A DNA stretch of 64,000 nt, from NCBI GenBank assembly GCA_951406725.2, contig OX597821.1, positions 37,076,001 to 37,140,000 of the forward strand, given 5' to 3'. Below, in pieces: positions 51,917 through 64,000 of this stretch. The position numbers and the translations under genes are program-made. How positions within the stretch are numbered: the stretch's first letter is position 1; every line of letters begins with the position of its first letter. The notes below the pieces were generated by a model, which saw only the letters and a list, made by a program, of their open reading frames with translations, was not told where the DNA came from and did not search any database. The DNA is from Octopus vulgaris (taxonomy: Eukaryota).

Positions 51917-54233
51917 TATTGTGTCTGCATGGATGATGGGGCACTTGCTTTTACTGTTAGTGAAAAGAAAGAGGCTTGGAGAAGCCATTATGAAAGACTG
52001 CTGAATGAGGAGAATGAATGGGAGGAGGAGAGCCTGCCAAATGTTGACCCAGTAGAGGGACCAGCTACCCGAATAGACAGCTCCCTTGTAGTTAAGGCAA
52101 TTAAGGATATGAAACCAGGTAATGCCCCCGGCCCATCAGGAATCACTGCTGAGATGCTTAAAACAGCTGGCTATGAGGGCTATGGCCTAGTCACCCGCAT
52201 TGTAAACGAGGTAGTTCATAATGGAGTCATACCCAATGACTGACGTAGCAGCACCATAGTCAACTGCTACAAGGGTAAGGGTGATGCTCTAGATAGAAAT
52301 AACTACAGGGGTATCAAACTGTTGGATAAGGTGATGAAGGTCACAGAGAGGGTCATAACCCATCTCATTAGAGAGAGAATTTGCTTAGATGAAATGCAGT
52401 TCGGTTTTGTGCCGGGTAGAAGCACCACTGATGCTATATTCCTGGTCCAACAACTGCAGAAGTACCTAGCTAAAGATAAACCCCTCTACATAGCTTTTGT
52501 GGACTTGGAGAAAGCCTTTGACAGGGTTCCCCATTCCCTTATCTGGTGGTCGATGCAGAAACTGGAGATTGACGAATGGCTAATAAGGGCTGTACAGGCT
52601 CTATACAGAGAGGCTGTCAGCAAGGTTAGGATTGGCAACGAATATAGTGAAGAATTTCGGGTAGAAGTAGGTGTGCACCAAGGCTCAGCCCTCAGTCCCC
52701 TTTTATTCATCATAGTCCTCCAGGCAATAACAGAGGAATTCAAAACAGGATGCCCCTGGGAGCTCCTCTATGCTGATGACCTGGCTCTCATAGCAGAATC
52801 ACTACCGGAACTAGAAAAGAAATTTCGGGTGTGGAAGCAAGGGTTAGAATCAAAGGGCCTTAGAGTAAATGTAGCAAAGACCAAAGTTACAGTAAGCAGA
52901 AAGGCGAACTCAGCACACACCCACTCGGGCAGGTGGCCCTGCTCGATCTGTAGGAAAGGTGTAGGTAGAAACTCCATAAGATGCACCCAATGTAAGCTAT
53001 GAACGCACAAGAGGTGCGGCAACATTAAAGGGAAATTAACAGATAAGATAGCTTTCATGTGCGGCAGATGCACAGGGACAATAGACACCACAGACACTCA
53101 GAAAACAGATTCCATCACACTCCAGGGAGAGAAACTAGAAGTAGTTGATAGTTTCCGCTAAATGGGTGACCAAGTCAGTAGTGGAGGTGGATGCACAGAG
53201 AGTATCACCACTAGAATACGAATAGCCTGGGCAAAGTTCAGAAAGCTCCTACCCCTACTGGCGACAAAGGGTCTCTCCCTCAGAGCGAAAGGTAGATGTG
53301 CGAACTGCCATGCTTCACGGCAGTGAAACATGGGCTGTGACTGCAGAGGACATGCGTAGACTTGAAAGAAATGAAGCTAGCATGATCCGCTGGATGTGTA
53401 ATGTCAGTGTGCACGCACAACAGAGTGTAAGCACCCTGAGAGAAATGCTGGATATAAGAAGCATCAGATGTGGTGTGCAAGAGCGACGCTTGCGATGGTA
53501 TGGTCATGTGCTGCGGATGGATGAGGAGAGATGTGTGAAGAAGCGCCACTCCCAAACAGTTGAAGGTATCAGGGGGAGAGGTAAACCCAGGAAGTCATGG
53601 GATGAGGTAGTCAAGCATGACCTCAAAGCGTTGGGCCTCACTGAGGCAATGGCAAAGGACCGAGATCTCTAGAGATATGCTGTGACTGCAAAGACCCGGG
53701 CTGCTTCCTGCATCAGTTCCACATAGCCCCTGCCCATTCAAAGTACCCCGGATCCCAGAACGTCCCGCTGTGCTTGAGGAGACCTGTTGAGTCAAGTACA
53801 TGAACATGAACGTCGAAATAAATATCAATGGAAATAGTAGTTGTGATGCCTGTGCCGGTGGCACATAAAAAGCACTATCCGAACGTTGCCGATGCCAGCG
53901 CCGCCCCGACTGGCTCCTGTGCCGGTGGCACATAAAAAGACCATCCGAACGTTGCCAGCGCCGCCTTAGCTGGCTTCCGTCCCGCTGGCACGTTAAAAGC
54001 TCCAGCCGATCGTGACCGATGCCGGACCCCCCCCCCTCTGGCACCTGTGCAGGTGGCACGTAAAAAGCACCCACTACACTCGCGGAGTGGTTGGTGTTAG
54101 GAAGGGTATCCAGCCGTAGAAACTCTGCCAGATCAGACTGGAGCCTGGAGCAGCCCCTGGCTTCCCAGACCCCGGTCGAACCGTCCAACCCGTGCTAGCG
54201 CGGAAAACGGACGTTAAACGATGATGATGATGA
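51917..54233 (+). mobile_element. RTE-clade LINE, 5'-truncated, with intact 3' UTR and (GAT)n tail
   Basis: APGPSG, NYRGIKL, QFGFVPGRSTTDAIF, DLEKAFD, HQGSALSP, YADD and RLRWYGHV motifs. The tail ttgg.gttaggaaggg.atccagccgtagaaa...gatgatgat is present. Confidence 0.93.
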
Positions 54234-54626
54234 TATATATATATATATATATATACACACTGTTTACTTCCTGAGCCCCCTTTTTTTTTTCCCCATAATA
54301 ATGTTTCTTATTTTTTTAATGAATATCATTGATTTTCGATGACGATTATGTTGAGAAAATGGAAGCATTTGATGAGTTTCAAACGAATCCCAACTCCAGA
54401 CATAATTGTTGATTAAGACATTGAAAGGGATGGATTTTTAGAAAATTTCATTAAGAAATATTTATTTTAAAAAGCGAGGAACATACAACCATATATACAT
54501 ATATATCATCATCATCATCATCATCATTTAGCGTCCGTTTTCCATGCTAGCATGGGTTGGATGGTTTAACTGGCGTCTGAAGCCGGAAGGCTTCGTAAGG
54601 CCCAGGCTGCGCCTATATATATATAT

Positions 54627-54867
54627 AGGCGCAGCAGTGGCTGTCTGGTATGTAACTTGCTTACAAACTATATGGTTTCGGGTTCAGTCCCACTACGTGG
54701 TAACTTGGGTAAGTGTCTTCTACTATAGTCTCAGGCCGTCCAAAGCCTTGTGAGTTGATGTGGTAGACGGAAACTGAAAGAACCCCATTGTCATCATCAT
54801 CCACCATCGCTTGACAACCGATGCTGGTGTGTTTACACCCCTGTAAAAGAGTAAAAAATATATATTT

Positions 54868-54900
<33 letters not shown>

Positions 54901-55432
54901 GAGAGAGAGAGAGGCACAGGAGTGGCTGTGTGGTAAGTAACTTGCTTACCAACCACATGGTTCTGAGTTCAGTTTCACTGCATGGTGCAATGTGCAAGTG
55001 TCTTCTGCTATAGCATCAGGCTGAGCAAACCTTGTGAGTGGATTTGGTAGACGGAGCTGAAAGAAGCTCATCGCATATATATATATATATAGCAGTCAAG
55101 AATGCTTATTTCTATCAAAGTTGGACTCCGGGCATGACAGACCCTGTAATTCACATATGTGTATCGTTATCTATTCGTTATCTATCTATATATATATATA
55201 TATATATAAACATATATGTGTGTCTGTGTGTACATGCGTGTGTTTGTGTGTCTGTGTTTGTTCCCCCCAGCATCGCTTGACAACTAATACTGTTTACGTC
55301 CCCGTAACTTAGCAATTCGGCAAAAGAAACTCATAAAATAAGTACTAGGCTTACTGGGGTTGATTTGCTCAACTAACGGCAGTGTTCCAGCATGGCCACA
55401 GTCACATGACTGAAATAAATGAAAAGAAAAGA
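54627..55432 (+). mobile_element. Two adjacent family A SINE copies (54627-54855 and 54913-55432)
   Basis: Two SINE heads (agtggctgt.tggta) and bodies. A short RTE 3' end on - precedes them at ~54507-54600. Confidence 0.75.
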
Positions 55433-55742
55433 ATAAATGTAGGTATGAACACACACACACGCGTACATTTTGCTACTCTATGAGTTTATTTGAGTTATTC
55501 ATCCTATATATATATATATATGTGTGTGTGTGTATGTATATAAATATATTTATATGTAAATATGTATGTGTGTACAAATACAATAGAAATCTCCATTAAC
55601 TACTCCCCACCCCAATCATTCCACCTGTTTAATTAATTTCATTCCTTCTCTTCTCTTTTCTGTGAGTTTTTCTTTTAATTTTTCACCACCCCACTCCCCT
55701 TTCAGACACTATTTTTAATGTTTTCATTCTTTTCTTTTTCAG

Positions 55743-55897
55743 GTGAATGTGCCAGGTATTGATGGTCACGCACCTCTCCACTGTGCCTGTACCATTGGAT
55801 ACACAGAAACTGTTGGGCTCTTATTAAATCAAATTGGCATTGATGCCAATGTGGTGAACAAATATGGTGACACACCACTACATTGGGCAGTTCAGCG
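55743..55897 (+). CDS. Internal exon of an ankyrin-repeat protein gene
   Basis: Long pyrimidine tract plus CAG, GTAAGT donor. Open frame VNVPGIDGHAPLHCACTIGYTETVGLLLNQIGIDANVVNKYGDTPLHWAVQR contains two G-x-T/A-PLH ankyrin motifs 34 aa apart. Confidence 0.88.
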
Positions 55898-56184
55898 GTA
55901 AGTCCCCATTGGATCTGGAATATCCAAACCTGTTTCTATTATGTTTTCAATAATGTTTGTTTCTTTTTCATTGAGTCATTCATGTCATAATCCCACCATG
56001 GGGTCATTGTCTTTCTTCTCTCTTTCGCACTGAAATAACACTGTAATCTGCTTCATTAATCAATCATCACCATAATTGTTATTGTTGTTGCCTGACTGGA
56101 CACTTTACTTCATCTCGTTCTCCATTACCCCAACGTCACAGGTTCAAATCCTCTCTCTTCTTTCTTTCATCCCATCTAGAATTA

Positions 56185-56269
<85 letters not shown>

Positions 56270-56494
56270 TTCCTCACTCTCTCTCCTTTGTAGTTTCCCT
56301 ATTTACTCCGACCCTGGGCTAAATACAGAATCATCCCCTTACAGTATTTACATTTGTTTCTTTTATGTTCAATGTTCAAATCCTACCAGAATATTTACTA
56401 TCACTCTGTGGTCAATATAATCTGCACCAGTAATATCCAGGGGTTCCTTTAATAAACTGTCCTCCCTCTTTTCTCCTGTTCTTGTTTCTTATTA

Positions 56495-57285
56495 CTTATC
56501 GTTTGGTATGGGTTTAAAAGTTCAAAGTAGACTAAACCTTTCAAATCTCACTAAACAGATAACAGCACCTTATGTGGGTGAAGACCTTCTTTATCCTGGG
56601 GTGCTGGTACTTCTCCTTTCTCCACCCACTGTCTTTGGCACTTGACATTTTTATAGAAAACCCATTTCTCATTACCAGTCACTATTCGGTCCAAAAAATG
56701 CTCATTCATGAGATGTGGCAGTAAAGAAGATCACACATTCGCTATCTGTGTGGGATTAGATTCGCAAAGTTTGTGAGGAACCCATTGACCCAATTTGCTG
56801 ATTTTTCCGATGGCACAAAGAGGCCGATGAATGGTTGAGTGACTAAATCCAAGCTTCTCTGGTAGTTCCTCAAAAGTTATGAAGGGAGGGTTTGCAGGAC
56901 GTCCTCATCGAGCTCTACACATCTCCCAAGAGGAAGCTTGTCTTCTAGGCTGTAGATTCCGGCCAGGAATTTCTGGAATCACCATTGACACTGGTCTATG
57001 CTTATTGTCCAATTGCCATCTACTGCATTAATATTCCTCGCACTTTCCGTTGTGTTACCTTTATTGAAACCATAAAGCAAAATATGCCGAATATGCTCCT
57101 TTGTCAATTCCATTATAGCTTTGAAAAATTAACTGTTAAAATTGAACTGCACTTTTCACAACTTTCACTAACATTAAGTGCAATGTAATATTACTACCTG
57201 CTTTTAGAGCAAGTTGATGCAGGTAGTTTATCCCATCACCTATGACTTTTAGTTCGTACAATTAAACTTAATATTTATATTTGTG
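56495..57285 (-). mobile_element. Mariner transposon fragment (same family as 39167-40309)
   Basis: Colinear nucleotide similarity to 39545-40290. Confidence 0.8.
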
Positions 57286-58149
57286 ATGACCCAATACTTC
57301 AGGATTTTCTTCATGTCCGTAGATTTTATGAAATATGAAGGAAAGTGGAATTCATTCCACTGTTTATTCTTCACTACAATCGTTTCGACACATGATGCAC
57401 TGTTGGGGCATGTCTGCCTTTGTGGGAATACATCTCTGCATGTTTGTAAGTGTGTGGATATCTTTGTAGGTGTAGAGACAGAGGATTGTGGCCATGGGAG
57501 CCCCTCTATGTATGTGTATATAAGGTGATGTACCTTGTGTTGTGTGAGAATATATGTTTTTGTATTTATGTGGGTGTGCATGCATGAGTCTGTGTATGTG
57601 TCTGTGCAGATGCGTGTGTCTGCATGTATGTGTTTGTGTATGCATATACTTATAAGAGAATCTGTATTTGGAGATGTATGAATTGGTTGATGTGTAGACA
57701 TAAATCAACCAAGAATAGGTAAGTATCTACAGGATGAAATCAGAGTGATGTCGACAGAGATTAAATCAAATGTCTGATTAAAATACTTCAGAGATGAGAA
57801 TGGTATACAACAGGTCTTCACTATTCACTTACCACCCACCCCATCCGCACTCTCTAACCATGCATTTTCACAATATCCTGTCACTTATATCTTGACCTTT
57901 GAACCTCAAGAGTATGCCCTGGCACTTGCCACTGTCTCTTTCTCTCTCTTCCTTTACTCAATCAACTCATTAATATTCTTATCCCCACCCCTTTCAGATA
58001 TGCCCAGCATTTTTCCACCATCTCTCTCCTGCTGTCTCCCCCTACACACACACTTTCTCTCTCCCCTTCTTGTACACTTCCATCATGTTGGGTTACCATG
58101 TATCTCTACGGCATCACAACTGTTTTCCTTTCTGATCTCTCTCTCCCTT

Positions 58150-58185
<36 letters not shown>

Positions 58186-58329
58186 GTTGGGTAACCTTGT
58201 ACCTCCTCTACAGCAAGACACCTGTTTCTGTTTCTCTCTCTCTCACTATAACCTTTCATCTGACACAAGTACGCCACCTCCAATGCCCCCTCCCCTCTCA
58301 AAAATTTTTTTGTCTTGCAAATTAAATTG

Positions 58330-58627
58330 GTGACCCTGTCAGTGCTTGTGCCACTTAGAAAGCATCACATCCACACTGTGAAGTGGTTGGCATTTGGAAG
58401 GGCATCCAGCTGTAAAAACCTTTTCAAAACTGACCTTGTCCGTGCTTGTGCAACATAAAATGCACAAAGTTCACTCTGTTGAATGGTTGGTACAGGAAGA
58501 GCATCCAGCTGTAAAAATTCTGCCAAAATAGTCAAAGAAGTCTGGTGCAGGCTTCTGCCTTGCCAGCTGTCAAACCAGCCCATCCATGACAGCGTGGAAG
58601 GCGGATGTTAAATGATGGTGACAACGA

Positions 58628-58629
<2 letters not shown>
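58330..58629 (+). mobile_element. RTE LINE 3'-end fragment
   Basis: ttggcatttggaagggcatccagctgtaaaa occurs twice, followed by a ggatgttaaatgatg tail. Confidence 0.7.
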
Positions 58630-60420
<1,791 letters not shown>

Positions 60421-60794
60421 AGGTTATAAAATGAGATAGGGGTTGAAAATTCAACCCACCATGGGATAATATATATCCAATATACTGCTAGATAAGTACC
60501 CAACAAAATTAATACATAGATGTTAAAGAATTGTCAAACAATCAGTTCATCTATTGTATTATATGGGTGAAGGTAATAATATTACCGTAAATTAATACTA
60601 CAAAATTAGAGAATGGAGAAACATACTTAAATCAGTAAAACATCAACTATCCGATGATACTCAATCCATACTTTAATACACCATTACATATGAGTAAAGG
60701 CAATATATAAAATGAAATGAGATATACAGTAATAGTAAAAAGATAAAGAGATATAAGTAAAAAATTTTTTCAAATATAATATACAAATAAATCA

Positions 60795-60909
60795 GAACTG
60801 ACAGCTGTTTCGGCAGTGAGGACAGTCATACCTCATTTAACCTATAAGCCATAAAGGCAGGTATAAATGAGGCATTAACAAGGATGCCCCACGGCCTCTT
60901 CAGAGAATT
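60795..60909 (-). ncRNA. Type I hammerhead ribozyme-like motif with extended stem II
   Basis: The reverse complement reads CU-CUGAAGA-GGC...(long hairpin)...GCC-GAAA-CAGCUG-UC-AG. Stem III is palindromic (ACAGCUGU) and the cleavage triplet is GUC. Stem I is weak. Confidence 0.7.
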
Positions 60910-61253
60910 AAATTAAATTTGTTATAATAGTGAAAAATATTATATAATCATATACATATAAATATAAAAATATAAAAATGTAAAATATAAAAACTTATAC
61001 ATCATAATGCTACACTTATATAATATAATACACATTTGTACAAAAAAGGAAGGTAAACAGAACAAAATAAAACAAAATATATAACAGTGTATATATTAAT
61101 ATTAATAAGTACCGATATTATACATATTTGTCTAATAGTTTTTTTTATAAAAAAAAAAAAAAAAGGCTAACACATATGGAGATGAAAAATAATAATTAAA
61201 TCCGTGGTACAGTTCATAAAATTCTAAAGCTATAAAAGTTAATAAAAATTACT

Positions 61254-61323
<70 letters not shown>

Positions 61324-63052
61324 TAATAAAAATAGATACAGTTAAGTTAGCAACAAGTCCATCCTTTCAAGATCGAAATAACTATGAGTTAAGAAATGCT
61401 GACCACTAGGTAAAGAAAATTTAGATTAATTCGATTGGCTATTGGTTTGAAATTTAAAACACAAAAGAAAATTATACGGTTGGTTAGTCAGGGAACGCCA
61501 ATATTCACACACGCATCTACAGATCAATCGCACATACACACATAGTTATATGTATATACATACACTTATACACATACATAAGCAACAACTAGCACTTAGA
61601 TAAACAAAAAGGGAAGCAACTATGTTATCATTTAGTCCTTCAAAATTATAACTGTGCCTTAATAACAAAAAAAGAACCATCCATGCATTCCATAAAATAT
61701 TTAATTTAGATATAAATATATTTTTAGATATCAGTATGTTACTAATTCAGATAATTATTTCATGGGTAACTTAAAATTTATAACACCGGTTTGTTGCATA
61801 GTAAACATACGGTTGTTAGATTTATCGTAAGTTTGTTATGATTTTAAGTACGCTAAATTATAAAATATAAAATATAAAATATATATTAATTTAAATATTA
61901 TAAATAAGTCACTTATTAACTTAATAAATATAGTGCCATAATATACCAGTTTAGGCATTAAAGAATAGAAGGGGAAGTATTAATGTAAACGCTTATGAGA
62001 ACATCACAGAAATTTTAAATAAATTTTATATTATAAAGACTTAAGATGAAAAGAGATAAAATAAATAAGAAGGAATAAATACGAAGGAATAAATACGGTT
62101 GTACACATAATTATAAGTACAAACCAGTATATATGTATTTATATATTATTAAAATTAAATAAAATAAATGATAGATATGTATGTATAAAACTACCTCAGT
62201 ATAAGTAAATAAGTAAAAAATAAATAGGTAACAAATTAGATGCCTTGATATTTATGTAAACATCTACACTTAAATAGGCAAATAAATAAATAAATAGAAG
62301 ACTAGATGCAAAGATTGATAATATTACAATAAAATGGAAAATAAATAAAAAATAAATAAAGTGAATATATATGTTATATTGTTGAAAGTAAATATGTATG
62401 GAAGGATAGTTTAAAGTACAGATCCAGAGGACTATAGATATAAACTAAATATATGAGGCTGGTAATAATTATAAAGCAAAATGCATGTAAATGAGAAAAT
62501 GAAAAAAAAAAATGAAAAAAATGAAAAAGGTTTATCAGTGAATATCATAAGATACAAATTAAGGTGAGTACAAAAAGACCAAATATACAATAAAAAATAC
62601 AATAAAAACCTTCCAAATAAACACATACAAAAAACCTATAATCTCAACCTAAACCCACCAAACTCACAAAAGGCTCTCATATATTACATATTATACAATA
62701 TCATTACATTATCCAAAGCTAGGTATCTAACCAAGATATATATAAATATACTATGCAATATACTATGCAATATTGGAAAACTTCAAAAATCACACATTAC
62801 AAGGCAAATACCAAAATGAATATGCTATTTTATGTCATATTGCATTTCTCTTAAAAAACAAACAAAAACCCACATACAAAAACAAGAAACCAATATTACT
62901 AGACACATCCATTAATTATTATACAAATGTAGCTATAAAAATTATAAAATTATAAAATTTATAAATTGTATACTTTAGAATTATAGAAGACCACAGGTAT
63001 ATTTAGTTAAAGAAGGGAATTAAAAAATTAATAATAGTGGAAGTGCTAAGTT

Positions 63053-63890
63053 CTATTTGAATCTAGAAAAGGTGAACGGTAGCCTATGAATACAAAAGAA
63101 GTTTTTTTCATTAATGTTGTTAATAATTTGCCGACCCGCTTTAATAATGAAGAAAATTTCATTAATACATAGAGAGCATTTTTTATTTTTTCCATTATAC
63201 ACAGGTGCTGAAGTTAGTATTTTCCAGTTTAATCTAAAATCTAAGTTCTTACTTTTAAGTTCCCAAATGTATGCACTTAGCCCTGTAGAGTATATTCTAT
63301 TTTTATTCCTAAAAGTATATCTGTGATAATTCCATCTTTGTTTTATGCTATTCATAGTTGCCCCGATATACACCCTACTACTCAATTGTGTATCTACAGT
63401 GCATTGGTAAACTACCTCCTTCCTGAGGCATTGATTACCAAATACACATTTATTTCTATTTCTGAAATTACAAAGATTAACAGAATGAGGAAATCTAAGA
63501 TTGGACACCACCCCTATACTACTATTCATATTATAAGTGTTACAATTGTTATCATCATCCAAACCCAAAATCAACGAATGAGTTAATTTCACATTATCGG
63601 CTATATTCCTATCACTAGTACTAGTATTGGTAGTAGTAGTATGATCTATTACATTTATATTATCTCTGACAGGTATGGTGCACTCATTATTAGTAAGGAG
63701 GTTGTTCCCATTTGTTCCAAGAAAGTTTCTATTCCTATTATTAATGAAGAGGGGCAAGTTTTCCTGGTCTAAATTCAATTTTCTATCCTTATAGAAGTGA
63801 TCCAGTTTCTTGTTATTAAAAGAGGAGATAATGGTGGCTAGATTATGAGTAATGCTATATCCCACTCTAACAGTACCGTTGTTAATTAAA
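63053..63890 (-). CDS. C-terminal part of PLE ORF with GIY-YIG endonuclease
   Basis: C..CVFGNQCL..VVYQC...VYIGAT...KQRWNYH...LSAYIWELK...WKIL...CSLCINE...CIH. It is truncated upstream by the inversion. Confidence 0.85.
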
Positions 63891-64000
63891 GGACTGATTT
63901 ATTTGTATATTATATTTGAAAATTTTTTACTTATATCTCTTTATCTTTTTACTATTACTGTATATCTCATTTCATTTTATATATTGCCTTTACTCATATG

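Larger units (their letters stand above)
60421..64000 (-). mobile_element. Penelope-like retroelement, 5'-truncated with inverted pLTR (extends beyond the window)
   Basis: GIY-YIG ORF end, a hammerhead in the terminal region, and 63894-64000 as an inverted copy of 60688-60795. Confidence 0.85.

Noticed and set aside
60511-60560. SECIS element in the PLE terminal hairpin
   Set aside because: An AUGA is present on the minus strand, but there is no matching GA quartet partner or apical AA, and no in-frame UGA in the visible ORF.

Overview
Eukaryotic, AT-rich, repeat-dominated genomic DNA. The SINE families, microsatellite load and LINE spectrum suggest an octopus (coleoid cephalopod); this is an inference. 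From left to right: (1) a small hammerhead-ribozyme-like motif at 211-255 (-). (2) Two composite satellites, one a 56-bp core plus (GGAT)n and one a ~39-bp core plus TTAGGG-like spacer. (3) Two full-length Ty3/Gypsy LTR retrotransposons with 5-bp TSDs, one inside the telomere-like satellite and one inside a hAT remnant. (4) Three Tx1/L1-clade LINE copies. (5) A carbonyl reductase (CBR1-like SDR) gene on + with six recognisable exons over 14 kb; it has an in-frame TAG and lacks one expected exon. Its introns hold Dong/R4, CR1, Helitron, Tc1/mariner, piggyBac, hAT-MITE and SINE insertions. (6) A solo LTR, RTE LINEs (one 5'-inverted), a 100-N gap beside a 358-bp tandem repeat, one ankyrin-repeat exon and a 1.8-kb (TA)-rich microsatellite. 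(7) Two Penelope-like element (PLE) ends. The most interesting signals are in the PLE ends: a ~165-nt terminal structure whose five stems covary between two diverged copies, and a type I hammerhead with an unusually long stem II. No prokaryotic features or CRISPR arrays are present. Coordinates of degenerate elements are approximate.
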